Of a stretch of 64,000 nt of DNA, positions 11,936 through 25,175 are shown in pieces. The number at the start of each line of letters is the position of its first letter. Position 1 is the stretch's first letter. The translations under genes were made by a program, and so were the position numbers. The DNA is taken from positions 56,482,001 to 56,546,000 of the forward strand of contig OX597833.1 of assembly GCA_951406725.2 (NCBI GenBank). The letters run 5' to 3'. This DNA comes from Octopus vulgaris. Taxonomy: Eukaryota. The notes below the pieces were generated by a model. It made no database searches. It saw only the letters and a program-made list of their open reading frames with translations, and had not been told where the DNA came from.

Positions 11936-13619
11936 CTGTAGAATTATTTATAAAATATAATAAGTAAAACATGCAAGATTCAACATAAACATAGAACATC
12001 AATATCCAGAAAAATAGATTTTCAAACAAAGATATTAAAACATGCAGCCATTGACAAACTGTTTTGATAGACATAAACACAGGATTAAAAAACATTATTT
12101 TTGGCATGACAAGGGGAAGTACATTGAAAATTATTATCATCACTGTATTAACACTATTGTTATCACTAATATCATGAGTTTCCACATCTATCAAATAAAG
12201 CTTATATAGTTATATAAAGAGTGTGTGTATGTGTGAGACGGGGAGAGAGAGGGAGAGAAGAGGGCAGAGTGAGAAATAGGAGAGAGGAGAGAGGCAGAGG
12301 AAGAGAGAGAGAGAGAGAGAGTGAGTGAGTGTGGGAGGTCTGTGGGCTTCAATAAACAGAGATGAAAGAAGTTTTTAATTTTTAGTGGTATTAATACAGT
12401 ATATTAAACCTTGCATAAATTTTAAAAGTTTTAATTATGCAACACTGGGGAATTTGTGTCCCCTGCTGCGAGGGGCTTGAGAAGATTATATTAGCATCAT
12501 TACATTGTCCTAAAAGGAAGCCAAAAGGAAAAGTTGACCGGGCATAAAGGTAATTAACTACTACAGGACAAAATAGCACAAGGTATTGTTGATCAATGCA
12601 CTGATTCTGCCATCTTGTGATGCGATTATATTATTTACAGTAAGAAAGATAACTTTGTTGTGAAGAAAAACGACTATAAATTCATTAGCTAATTTCTTCT
12701 TTCTATCTAATACATTAACCAACAAATCAAAATAGATTTGTGATAAACTTAGACATGGCATAAAAATTACCGATGTCTCCAAAAGAGTGAGTGACGTGGA
12801 GTTATGTGACAACCAACGAACACTGAAATATTTTCCAAAATCCAAGGCTTTTATAACTGCTCAACTTGACTAAAAATAATTGAAATCCATGACAGATATT
12901 CTTTACGAAACTTCTAGAATCTTTATATGAGCAGTTATATTAACCAATGTAAAAAAACAAAAATGATAATTCTTCGGCAAAGACATTACGTCATATTGCC
13001 AATTCGCGCCACATTTCAAAATGACTAAAATGGTTATTGCTACACTATTAATCCATATGCTCAAACACTGCAGTGATAGATGGAAGGGAGTAATAGAAGA
13101 GAAAGAGAAAGTGAAAGAATAGTGTCAGGGGTTAATGAGAGTAGTTGGGTTTGGGTTTGGGGTTGAAAAGGAGGATAATATAGGAAGAGGAGGAGTAAAA
13201 AATTTATGCCTACACTGACTGGTAGAACAGAAAGAATAGTAATGGGTTCTATTTTCATTAACTTTTGCCAGAGTAATTCAGTAGATATGGGTGACAAATG
13301 GTAGAAGGAAAAGGGGAGGGCCACAAGCATAGATACATATGGAATTTTTATTTTTCTGATGGGAGTAGAGTTCACTGTTTCTCTGTTTACTATAAATTTG
13401 ATTTTTTTTCTAAGTTGGCCATATCCGGCCAAAATAGTTAATCTGTTTTATGTTGAAACTGACCAGATCCTGGCTCTTACACCTACCCTACAATGTTATT
13501 CTACATTAAGTAATTACACCATCAAGATCTTGAAGATATGAGATAATGCATGATTAATTGAAATCAATGGGAATCAATAGCCATTATGTTTGATTGAATA
13601 ATCTGAACGCTAAAGGGTT

Positions 13620-13870
13620 AAGGCCTTTGATTCCGGGCTTTGCTTCCACACCTAGAATTTCTTTTTCTGCTAAAGTTTCAGCTATAAGAATGAGGTCATC
13701 AGCATAAAGGAATTCTCATAGGCAACCAATCTTATGATAAAAAAAAAAAACAAAATGAAAAAACTCTTGTTACAGCCTGGAGTTCTATGATGAATAGGAG
13801 AGGACTGAGGACTGAGCCTTGGTGAACTCCTACCTGCACATTATCATTGCTGTACTTGGTGCTAACTCTC
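13620..13870 (-). mobile_element. Decayed RTE-type LINE reverse-transcriptase fragment
   Basis: Minus translation VQVGVHQGSVLSPLLFII...GCL*EFLYADDLILIAE (QG..LSP and YADD motifs), with stops and an A-rich insertion. Confidence 0.8.
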
Positions 13871-14274
13871 AGATTATCTATATACTTTAACTTCTCAACA
13901 CCTCACCTATAGCATCTACCCTTTTTCCTATTCTTCTTCTTAGTTGTTGGGACCCTAGATTTGTGAATGAAGTCATGCATGACCCCTTTACAGGTGAAGA
14001 GATTTATTGAAAATTTCTTATATCTCTACTTCTCATGTCATCTCAGCATGTATCTTTTGCTTTTAACAATACAGCTAAGATCATTTAGTTAAATGTATAC
14101 ACTGTACAGTGTTTCTATGGGGAAATATCCATCTTAGAAAATTAGTGATATTGTGTACAGAGTGAAACAGGCATTGTGTGAGCCCACAGAATTTCAAACT
14201 AATTCAAGCAAGGCTATCTACTTAAAACAGTTTCATCAAAAAGGTTCCAAGTTAAAAATTCAATCTGGGTGTTT

Positions 14275-14522
14275 ATTTAGAAGTGGGGGAGAGCTTTTAC
14301 TTCTGTTGGCAACCAAAGTCTCTATTGGAAAGAGAGATCTTTCCAAGTGAAAAGAAGATTGTATGATGCATGCATATAAAAGCAATTCTACATGATAGTG
14401 AGATGTGGGCCTTGAATGCTGAGGACATGCAAAGGCTAGAGAGGAATGGAGCTAGTATGCTCTGCTGGATGTGCTACGTCAGTGTATATGTGTGACAAAG
14501 GACAAGTGCAATGAGAGAAAAC
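14275..14522 (+). mobile_element. Decayed RTE-type LINE C-terminal fragment
   Basis: ELLLLLATK...VKRRLYDAC...SEMWALNAEDMQRLERNGASMLCWMC, typical of the RTE post-RT region. Confidence 0.7.
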
Positions 14523-14529
14523 ATCCATA

Positions 14530-14937
14530 TGCGTCTCAGCTGAAGGGGTTTTTTCTTGCAAGTTACTAGGTGATCCTGCTGGTGCTGTCACCAAATAAAA
14601 AGGACTGGTGTTAGTGCCATGTAAAAAGCACTGATACTGGTGCCACATAAAGAAGCACTGGTGATGGTGCCATGTAAAAAAACACTGATGCTGGTGCCAT
14701 GTAAAAGCACTGGTGATGGTTCCCAGTAAAAAGCACAGGTGATAAGTCCCCATAAAAAGCACTGGTCCCATGTAAAAAGTATCCAGTATACTCTGTAATG
14801 TGGTTGGCTTTAGGAAGGACATCCAGCAGTAGAAACCAAACCATGACAGACAATGGAGCCTGGTAGTCTCAGCCTTACCGGCTTGTGTCAAACTGTCCAA
14901 CCCATATTGGCATGGAAAATGGACATTAAATGATGAT
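14530..14937 (+). mobile_element. Older family E-like copy with ~27-bp internal tandem repeats
   Basis: About 8 units of ggtgctggtgccatgtaaaaagcact, then AGGAAGGACATCCAGCAGTAGAAAC and a catggaaaatggacattaaatgatgat tail. Confidence 0.65.
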
Positions 14938-15109
14938 ATATACAGGGAAGCCATGGCTGAAAGGATTTTGGTCATAAGTGTTCTTGACCAGGGCTGATAT
15001 GGCTAAAACATGATTTTGCAACAAACATGATTCTAGTTGGTCAACATGTCTCAGTATGATTACACAACTTCTCATGTTTACTAGCACATCAAGTCATTGT
15101 CCTTACTAT

Positions 15110-15338
15110 AGTAAAAGCACCATCCAAACGTAGCCGATGCCAGCGCCACCTTGACTGGCACGTAAAAAGCACCCACTACACTTGTGGAGTGGTTGGTGTT
15201 AGGAAGGGCATCCAGCAGTAGAAACACTGCCAGATCAGACTGGAGCCTGGTGCAGCCTCCTGGCTTCCCAGACCCCGGTCGAACCATCCAACCCATGCTT
15301 GCACGGAAAACGGACGTTAAACGATGATGATGATGATA
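15110..15338 (+). mobile_element. Family E, 5'-truncated
   Basis: Same core and (GAT)n tail. Confidence 0.75.
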
Positions 15339-17543
15339 GTGTTACTATGTTTTCAATTGAGCAAGACAGTGTCTCTCTGTCATAATTTTGTACAAAATCT
15401 CTTATATTATGAGAAATCTGGTTTCAATTTTCACCAAGTTCTTTCAGTATTTTTTATCATTTCTTTCAGTTTGTTTACACAAATTTCCATTTTTATCATG
15501 AAAAAAAAAAAAAATCAATGATTCACAAAAGCATATACATGCATACAGAAAGTCTATGTGCAAAAAAGATAGCGGGAGGGAGAAAGAGTGAAAGTTTAGG
15601 CCAAATAGTACAAACAGTATATGTTGTGTGTGTGTGTGTGTGCAGAACACATATATGTTTAATATAAATAGTGCAGAAAGTAATGTTAAAAACTCAAGAT
15701 GCAATATTCTTTGAAACACACACATTATTCTTCTCTTGTTCAAAAGGTAAAGAATAATAAACTATACTGTTTAGCTTATCAAGAATAAATAACACATCCT
15801 CTCTGTTTCAATTTCTGTCTAATACTTTTATTGTTTTAGTGATAGTCTCTTTCTAAATAACAATTATTGTTGCTTCCTTGACTCAATGTTGCCTTACAAC
15901 TTATCTAAATTGGAATTTATTTGAGAAGTTTCAGTTAAAGTTTTCTAAAATGTTAGCAATAAATTGCTTAACGAACTCTTTGTTTATAGTAAAAGAAGCA
16001 CTGAATTGCATGTAGGGGCAAGAATTTCAGGCATCTCTACTATATTTCCTATCTTTTGAAAACTTTTATATATGATGCAAGCAATATGAAATACAGAATG
16101 TAACATTTTTCTTTGACATAAGCAGTTTAAAACAGATGCATGCAGAGACTCAAAAAGAAGATTGCTGTAGTCACAATTGCAAATACATTAATTGCTAATC
16201 AGAAAATAATGCATATGGTTACAGTGAGTAGATTAATAAAAAATATTATTCTACAATGCAAGTACCACAGTTTGTGGAAATAGAAACAAAATGATAATAA
16301 AGTTTGTTAGACCAAATTTGAACAAAACACAAAATGGTTAGAATAAATCAGAAACAAAGCAAACATTTTTAGCTGTAAAATAAATACTTTCATTGTTATT
16401 TCTTATATAAATGCTGAAAGAATTATCTAGAATCATTACAAATTTTGTACAAAATAAGCAATCAAAGCTGTCTTGTCATATTTTACTGCAATGGAAAAAA
16501 CATAAATTAGCTATACATTAGAGGCATGAATGTGATCAAATCTACCTTTTGGAAATTAGATAATAGAAAATTAGCCCTTTGTGTGTGTGAGGCAAAAATG
16601 TGGCATCAGGTGCTAAAATTTATAAGAGTTTTACCTAAATGCATTAGGAGTTTGAAGCAAAATCCAATAATTCATTCATAATATAACCTTCAATATTGCA
16701 AAATCAGGGCAGTTGAGAATGGGGTGGCAGGAACCTAATATTGGCAGCAATAACTTTACATGATTAATGTGACATTTTTAGAAGATAAAAAAAATAAAAA
16801 AACCCTAATGCAAAGAAGAAATAGTTGAAACCTTAATTAGATGTGCAACTGACTGGGAAGTTACGAGCAGTGCATAAGCTTTTACCGTGATCCAGTATTG
16901 CTTACTAATGAAGACACCAAGTCACAATTCAGTAAAGAGAATAATTGATCATATTGAACTAGTACTTAACTAGTAATTTATTTTACTGATCATCCCCAAG
17001 CATGAGAGGGAATAAACTGACCCAAGTGGAATTTGATCTCAGGACTAAATATTGCAAGGCATTTTGTCCTTTATTCTACCAATTCTGACAATCCACTATT
17101 CATATATTGCTAAGAATTGGTTATATTCAACTACAAATTAATATTAATGAATGCTGTATAGTAAATACTTTTATCTAGCTAGGACTGGTTGGAACCTTAT
17201 GAAGTGTACTATATCGCTCTGTGTAACCATGGAAAAGAAGACATTTAAATGATGATGATGATGAGGAGGATGATGTAATCTAAAGAATACAAATATAATC
17301 AGGGAGCTGTTTAATGCATTTTATAATCATTAAATGGCACATGATTTCGCTGCAGGTGTGTCTGTGTGGTTGAGAGGTTTACTGTGCAACAATGTAATCC
17401 AAGTTTGATCTCACTGTGTGATATTTGGGGCAAGAATCTTCGACCACACACTCAGGTTGAGTGAAATTTGGCTGAAGGAAATTGCGAAAATTTGTCTCAC
17501 ACACACACACACATACATGTGCAAATATGTATCTATGTCTATA

Positions 17544-17850
17544 TCTTTATATATAAAATTGAAGTTGTGTGTGTGAGACTCTGTCTCCTCCGATTTAGAT
17601 TCCTAACTACTCCCACATTTTGCGGTGCAGTTTAACCAAAAGCAGGTATCTTATAGTCATCATTCATATCGAGCCCTTCTGGGTATTAGCGCGTGTCTAC
17701 AATGAGTCTACGATTTTAAAAAAAATTTACCATCATTTTTCCGCATTTTTAATGATTTTTGCTCGGGTTATATAAGGGGAGTAACTCTCTAAAAATGCTT
17801 ATATAGTAATTTCCCTTACAAACCCGAGCAACGTCAGGCGATATTGCTAG
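17544..17850 (+). mobile_element. Non-autonomous Helitron-like element, related subfamily
   Basis: Starts tctttatatataaaattgaagttgtg, ends aaacccgagcaacgtcaggcgatattgCTAG|t. The ends match the other copies; the interior differs. Confidence 0.65.
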
Positions 17851-18783
17851 TCTTTGATATAAGCTGGCGAAGGCTGTAAACATTAAGAAAACTGAGTAAC
17901 TGGTGCTTTCCAAACAAAGTCCCTCACATTATCGCTTTGCCTCAATTTAGAGGTTCCCATCATTCTTGCAATAGCGAGCCAATGATTGTCCCATTTAAGA
18001 CCTGTAACCAACAACACTACAATTCACAAATTAGGATATTAAATAAAATATTGCATGATTTAATGCATGCATTTTAGTGCAAGAAATTGTCATCACTGCC
18101 ATCAACATTGCTATGACTACCAACAACAAAGAATGACCATCACAAACAACAAATAAAAATCATCACCACCAGTATTTACCATTATCATCATTTATTTTCC
18201 CATCTTTTTCTCTGGCTTTCTTTTCCTCTCTCCCCTTTGAGTTACTTCCCTCGGTGTAACCCAATAGGTAGGTTAGAATGTACCATGATACCAAATACGA
18301 TTTATGCTTTTAATTAGGTAACATTTGACCGGAAACCAAGAACAGATGTAAGCAACAGAACTTTTCACCACCCTAATCAATAAAGACTATCGACAAGGGA
18401 CTCTTTGAGTCAAACTGCTTGAAATAACAATCTCCCTCAAATCACAAGCTGTCTTTAGAAAAGAAAATTTCATTATGCCTAGAAAAGGGTTGTGAAAGTC
18501 ATATATAAAATGTCATTGATTATCATAGGTCTACTCAATCAAGATTAACTTGGAGCTAAACAAGACTTTTTTTTTTTTTTTCACAAATTACTACTGAAAC
18601 TGTACACCACTAAACAGAACTTCAGTGAACTACAGATGAAGCTGATTGATAAGATATCCTCTACAAACTGGTGTATTTCATGTACGTCAGAGATGTTGGT
18701 TATCTTCTGGCTAGACATAGTGCATTGATGAAACATTATGAGGATGTTTTATATTATGAGTATGTTTTACTGACAGAATATGA

Positions 18784-19200
18784 GGATCTTTTCGGTTTGA
18801 ACGGCAGTTTTTTCTAGCGGTGTCATATGAAATTGTCACCCATAATTATGACCCTAGTATCGATCTATTGCATTTCAATCTGTTTTAGGGTTAGGGTTAG
18901 GGGTAGAGGGAAGGGTATTTTTTTCTTCAGAAATGTAAAGAATCCCAATCTGTTTCTTAAACAAGGGACATATTCATACGGCATGGAATGTTTTCTCCTC
19001 AAAAGACGTCATTGATTGGTTGAAATTGCAGAAATTGAAGAAAAAAAACACAACAAATATCTTACAAACTATAGAATTTTCTCAATAAAGCCAAGAGAAA
19101 ACAATGTTTTATAAACACATTCTACCAGTATACGAAGTTTAAAAGTGTTTAGTTACATGGAAATTATGCTAAAAAACTATCGTTCAAACCAAAAAGATCC
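18784..19200. mobile_element. TIR MITE, probably Mutator-like, with internal TTAGGG repeats
   Basis: About 33-bp TIR (GGATCTTTTCGGTTTGAACGGCAGTTTTTT versus the reverse complement at the right end). CAGAATAT occurs on both flanks (18774-18781, 19201-19208). Confidence 0.7.
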
Positions 19201-19780
19201 CAGAATATTGTTATCAAATATCAGCTGGGATACTAAATAGAAACCTGAAGCCTACAAAGCAAGTTTAGGAAATCTTAAAAATCAATAGAGAAATTTTCAC
19301 TCCCCACCTTCATTACTTTTTTCTTATTTAGTTTCTTTGAGATGTTATTACTTCACGTGAACAAACACATCACAAAGTGAGGAAGATTTCCACTCTTATG
19401 GGATATCAGGCAAAATCACTCATGCTTGGCACCATGACAATACACTTAGTACACTCTATAAAGTAGTTGGCAAGTAAGCAGAGACAACATTGGGTTGAGA
19501 GGGCGTCCGGTGCTGGTGCCGTGATACAATGCACTCAATAAAATGACTGGCGAGTGAGTAGGGGTGTGAGGACCCCTATATCATATTGAGGACATAATCT
19601 CTCAAATCCTGGTGACACAACAACATGCACTTGGTACACAATGAAAGATGGGTGGTGATAGAAAGGTGCATCTAGACAGAAATGAAACCACAAAATGAAA
19701 CAATACAAGCAAGATGTAGGTCCTTGGCCCCTCTTAGGGGACAGTAGCCCTGAATATAGACTAACTAAAAGCAGGACAAC

Positions 19781-20010
19781 CTATTTCTTTATTACCCACA
19801 AGGGGCTAAACACAGAGGGGACAAACAAGGACAGACATAGGTATTAAGTCGATTACATCGACCCCAGTGCGTAACTGGTACTTAATTTATCGACCCTGAA
19901 AGGATGAAAGGCAAAGTCGACCTCGGCGGAATTTGAACTCAGAACGTAACGACAGATGAAATACAGCTACGCATTTCGCCCGGCGTGCTAACGTTTCTGC
20001 CAGCTCGCCG
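19781..20010 (-). mobile_element. SINE family D (Meta-domain-like core)
   Basis: Minus head GGCGAGCTGGCAGAAACGTTAGC...GAGTTCAAATTCC, then GTCGACTTTGCCTTTCATCCTTTCAGGGTCGATAAATTAAGTACCAG, resembling the MetaSINE central domain as recalled. Confidence 0.8.
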
Positions 20011-20343
20011 TCCAACCGATGCTAACATTGAAAGCAGATGTAAAGTGATGTTAATGATGCTAATGATGATGATGATGATACAATGGAATAAATATGGGAA
20101 TGCATGTGAATGCATTTAAACACAGAAAAAGAATACTCAGTACAAATCAAATGGTAATATGAAAATTAAGAAACTTGACAACTGGTCTTCATTAATGTGA
20201 CTGAATTTTGTTTTTCTGCTCATCAGGTGACAGTGATATATACATACTTGCATTCATTGATGCATACATGTGTATCAATTTACACATACATCCACATTAT
20301 ATCTTTATATACATACATACATATATGTACATATTTATATATT

Positions 20344-20413
20344 ATTGCATCGTGGAAGGTGTTTATAAGCCATTTAATGTTAAATGAATTATAAACACCT
20401 TCCATGCTGCAAT
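20344..20413. repeat. Short fold-back inverted repeat (~34-bp arms)
   Basis: attgcatcgtggaaggtgtttataagccatttaa-tg-ttaaatgaattataaacaccttccatgctgcaat. Confidence 0.8.
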
Positions 20414-20570
20414 TGTTTTCGTTCCAGCACACAATCTCAGATCAGGCCACTTGCTATGCAAGTACATCTCCGTAATATATATATATATATATATATAATA
20501 TATATATATATTTCGTTTTGGGATTTGGTTTGCAAGATTCTTTATGTGAGTTCGTGTGTTGAAGCATATT

Positions 20571-20831
20571 CTGTTGTGTCTGAGGAGAGTCATTTTCTTT
20601 TTGTGCCTTATCATTTAACACACTCACTGGTAAAATTTTCATTTATTTCTTATTTTATTTTCCTAACATTTTTGTTGTGTCTTGCAACCTTTTCAGTCAA
20701 GTCTATTGAAAAGGTTGCAAGATACAATGAAAATTTAGGAAAATTTAAATAAGTAATAAGTGGAAATTTTACTGGTGAGTGTGTTAAATCATAAGGCACA
20801 AAAAGAAAATGACTCTCCCCAGACACAACAG
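20571..20831. repeat. Long fold-back inverted repeat (~125-bp arms, 11-nt loop)
   Basis: ctgttgtgtctgaggagagtcattttc...gcaaccttttca / gtcaagtctat / tgaaaaggttgc...gaaaatgactctccccagacacaacag. Confidence 0.9.
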
Positions 20832-21539
20832 TATATATATTAATGATGATGATGATGACATACACACATACATACACACACACTGCACATATATATGCTA
20901 CATAGTAGATACTATGTAGTACTTCTCTCTCTCTGTATGTATGTCTGGTTTTCTAATGTAAGTTTTTCCAACTTGGATTGCAAGAAAGTCTCTTTCCAAT
21001 ATATAGTTCCTCACAGAATAGTCACCCTGGAATTCTTTCATTTCCCATACAAACTAAATGGCAAGAAAGCTTCTATGCTTATAATTGCTAACTCCAAGAT
21101 CACAATATCACTCACTAGTTTTTCCAATAATTGCACTAAAATACCTATTTTAGTGCAATTAATTTATATATATCAGTGAAACCATAGCAAAGATTTGTAA
21201 TTTTTCAAAAGATATTTATGCCTTCTGAATTCCATGTGCAATTTCATGATCAAGATTTGCATCCATGTTTAACATGAGGCTAAGATATTTGAAGGTAAGA
21301 AATGCTTTCAAAGTTTTACCCCCATACCTTTATTTTAGAATCCACAACAGTTTCATCAAAGTTTATTGCGAGGCCTAACATATTACATTCCAGTAAAATT
21401 TTGTCCATGAATGTTCAAAGATGTATGCCATCAGCATACAAGAGTTGTCTTAACAGAGATACAAAAATGAGTAATTTAGAACTAAACTCTTTCTTTAAAT
21501 TTTTCCTTTTTCCCTCTCTACACATACAAACATATCAGA

Positions 21540-21810
21540 ATCATCATTTAATGTCTGTTCTCCATGCTGGCATGGGTAGGACAGTTTGATAGGAACTGGC
21601 CAGCTAGAGAGCTACCCAAACTCCAGTTTGTTTTTTGGCATGGATTCTACAGCCAGATACCCTTCCTAACACAAACCACTTTACAGAGTGTACTGGGTGC
21701 TTTTAAAGTGGCTCCAGCATGGACACTTTTATGTGGAGATGGCACAGGCACTTTTGCATGGTACCAACATGGGTGCTTTTATGTGGCACCAGCACCCATG
21801 AGTGTGCAAG
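21540..21810 (-). mobile_element. Older family E-like copy
   Basis: Reverse-complement tail (tcatcatttaatgtc...tccatgc), core and short repeats. Confidence 0.6.
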
Positions 21811-22519
21811 ACTAGGACCTCTCTACAGTTATAGTAGATGCTGTTCTGCCAACAAGATCAGAACAAGACTTCCCAGGCATGGATCCATGGTTTTGTGGGT
21901 TTTGTGGGACTAGTGGATGCCTCCAGCATGATTAAATGAATGAATCGAATGGCTTTTGTGTGTTTCTTAAATGGCTTACAAACACCTTCCACACTGCAAT
22001 TGTTTTCGTTCCAGCACATGATCTCAGATCAAATCACTTGCTATGCAAGTACATCTCCATAATTTAAACACAAGTTTGTGAGGTATTAAACCTTTTCCAA
22101 GAGCTAAAATCTGGAATAGAAATGACAGGTGAATTTAGTATTTAGGGAGCTTACCTTAATGGTACAAGGATACCCAGTGGGCAATGCATACTGTTTGTAT
22201 GATAGAAAATTACCAAAGAACTCTCTCCAAAATCCTCTTTCAAATTGAATATAATAATTTCATAATCAAAGCATCACAATATTTATGAACAAGCCAATGA
22301 AGAAACCTCTATACAGCAGCCCAACACGCTAGAAATAGCAGCCAAATTTCTTTCATATGAAGCCATATGGTCTAATAAATAAGAAGAATACATAGGATAA
22401 CTCAGTTTGAGATACTCCATATAGAATATAAAAAAAACAGGATTGGTCATTGCTGAAATGGCTTTGATCATAGTGCTGATCAGTCAGAGCAGACCGGGGA
22501 CTAAACAACAGCATCTCGT

Positions 22520-22989
22520 GGTTATAAGAACGCAATTTCGATTCCCAGACCGGGTATTGTGTTTATTGAGCAAAAAACTCATAAGCTCCATGAAGCTCCA
22601 GCGGGGTGATGGTGGTGGTGAACCCCGCTGTACTCTTTCACCACAACTTTCTCTCAATCTTTCTTCCTACTTCTGCCACAAAGCAGAGGAACCATGGTGT
22701 AACCCACTATGGTGTGGCAAACTGTCAGACCCTAGTCTAGATTGCAAATCCTCTGTACCCCAGGATGGTTCAGCTCTCCACCCGTTAAAAGCCACTGTTT
22801 ACGGAATGAGGATAACAACGTAGCTTTTGCGCCCGTGCAACCGCCAGTCTATCGCGTGTGGTGGGTGGATCTTCAAGTTGCCACACGCATTCTTAGTAGC
22901 TTAGAGTAGGCTCGAATTAGAGATTATTCTTTGTGGCCAATGGCATGAGTCCTGATTGGAAGAAGAAGAAGAAGAAGAAGAAGAAGAAG
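22520..22989 (+). mobile_element. SINE related to family B head, with a different 3' body and (GAA)n tail
   Basis: tttcgattcccagaccggg...tactctttcaccacaactttctctc is shared with family B. Ends in about 10 GAA repeats. Confidence 0.6.
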
Positions 22990-24716
22990 ACAACAGCATC
23001 TACCAAGTTCTCCAACAGCTCACTAAATAGTCTTCTTTTCATTATGTTTAATGTGACATTCACAATAACTGAATAACTGACCTTCCCTCACATACACTTT
23101 CCAGTAGCTATGTAGGTCTATGCATGTGTATAGTGTGAGTGTGTGTATACAAAGTATGTGTGTGTATGTGTGCGTGAGTGTGTAATAAGTTGTATGTGTA
23201 TATGTGTGCACATGTGGTGTATTGTTTGTGTGTGTGTGCGAGTGTAAATTAATACTTTGAGATTAAAACCAAAATCTTATGTTCCAACCTAGAATCTCTG
23301 ATGCTAAGCCTCAAATAGGATTTGTTGCTGACATGTCTGCTGTTCTATCCAATGTGCCACTCCAACTAAATAACAACCACAAAGGTATTTACATCTGATA
23401 TTATACAGGAAATGTCTTTGTCTGTAAAATTATTCAAAAAAAAAAAGAAAAAAATTAAGTAAAACAATAAATTCTTTTAGTCTACTTTCTTCACCCATGT
23501 GTTCCTTAAACAGTTGAAAAATAAGTTAACTTGCTTCAGTTTCTTTTGTTTTTTTTTTTTCGTTTTTTTTTTTCAACAAATTTCCAACATTCCAAAGCTA
23601 TGTGTTTAATTGGCGTGATTACCAATTCTATTAGTATTTTGTTTCAGCACATAAAAGGTTACTATAGGAAGATTGATGATGAAAATAACAATAAATTCCT
23701 TTCCATCAAAGTAGACCTTTTATAATTTGGAACACTTCCTCATTTTGGGAGGTTTAAAAAAAAAAAAATACCCAACAAAAAGGCAAACAAAAAAAAATAT
23801 CTTAGAATGTCAACATTCCAGTTGTGTCCTCAATATTTGAAAACATTCTTGGCATCTACAATCAAACTATTTGATATGTAAGAAATTTGACACTGGAGTA
23901 TGTTTTAATTCACTGGGAGGCTTCTAATCAGAAAACTACAATTGTTTTGAGTTCCAGTATTCCTGTTCAAGTATGTATCAATGCAGCAGTTGGCTGAAAG
24001 GGAATAATCCAAGACACTATCAAATAGCAAGTTCAAAGGGGATGTGGAAGCCTCGAAACTAATGGGAATTAAATATTAATGAACAAGAGCGACCAAGTTA
24101 ACTATGTGGAACTACGTGAATAACCAATGCGTGTCCAACATCCAACCAGATATTTTCAGTGCCTCAGCAACTTCCTCTGTCTTCATATCGTTACTAGTCC
24201 TTTCTACTATTAGGCGGCAGTCAAGCTCAACAGCATGATTGAATAATTAAGAAATTCATTCACAGCCATGATGTTGTTTCAGGCATAGATTTGTAAGAAG
24301 CTCACTTGGCAACCGCATAGTTTCAGATCCAGTCCAAGTACCTGGCACCTTGGGCAAGCGTTTTCTAGTATAGCCCTGGGCCAATCAATGCTTTGTAAGT
24401 GAATTTGGTAAATAGAAACTGTATTATGGAAGCCCATCACACACACACACAAGATTTAAAAAAGGGCATTTAAATCCTATATATACCAAATGATAATTAT
24501 CTCTCACTAGACGGAATACATATTTTGCTAATCCTACCAATAACAGAGCAGTACAATATATTATCAGTCAATTGTCCGTAAGTCAGAAAAAAAGCACACT
24601 CAAAAAGAGAACATGCGCGGTTATACTTCTCTATTGTTGAATAGTATATTCCTATTATGACATATAACGAGTTAGAAAGTTACCATCGGTTTCATGCCCA
24701 CTAGTGCACTTGCCAA

Positions 24717-24810
24717 CATCCATCCGTCCGTCCGTCCATCCATCCATCCATCCATCCACCCATCCACCCATCCATCCATCCATCCATCCATCCATCCATC
24801 CATCCATCCA
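24717..24810. repeat. (CATC/CGTC)n microsatellite
   Basis: Direct inspection. Confidence 0.9.
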
Positions 24811-25069
24811 GCCAGCCTTCGCGAAAACCAATTGGTTCGTTTTGTTCTCTTACTTTAGTATTATTTTCATCTTATTATCATCTCATAATAATGACCTTTA
24901 TGACTCGTATTACTACCTCAGTCAATCTAAAAGTATATATTTGTCACTACCTGTCATGAATAGCCTTTTTCTATTTGCAATATGCATTTTCGTTGATTTT
25001 TCACATTTTACCCTTACATTTCCACGTGTATTGTATATTTTCTTTTTGTAACATATTTCTACTATATAT

Positions 25070-25175
<106 letters not shown>

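Noticed and set aside
14580-14780. Short repeats with variable gaps resembling a repeat-spacer array
   Set aside because: Degenerate tandem repeat internal to a retroelement family; the gaps are mutated units.
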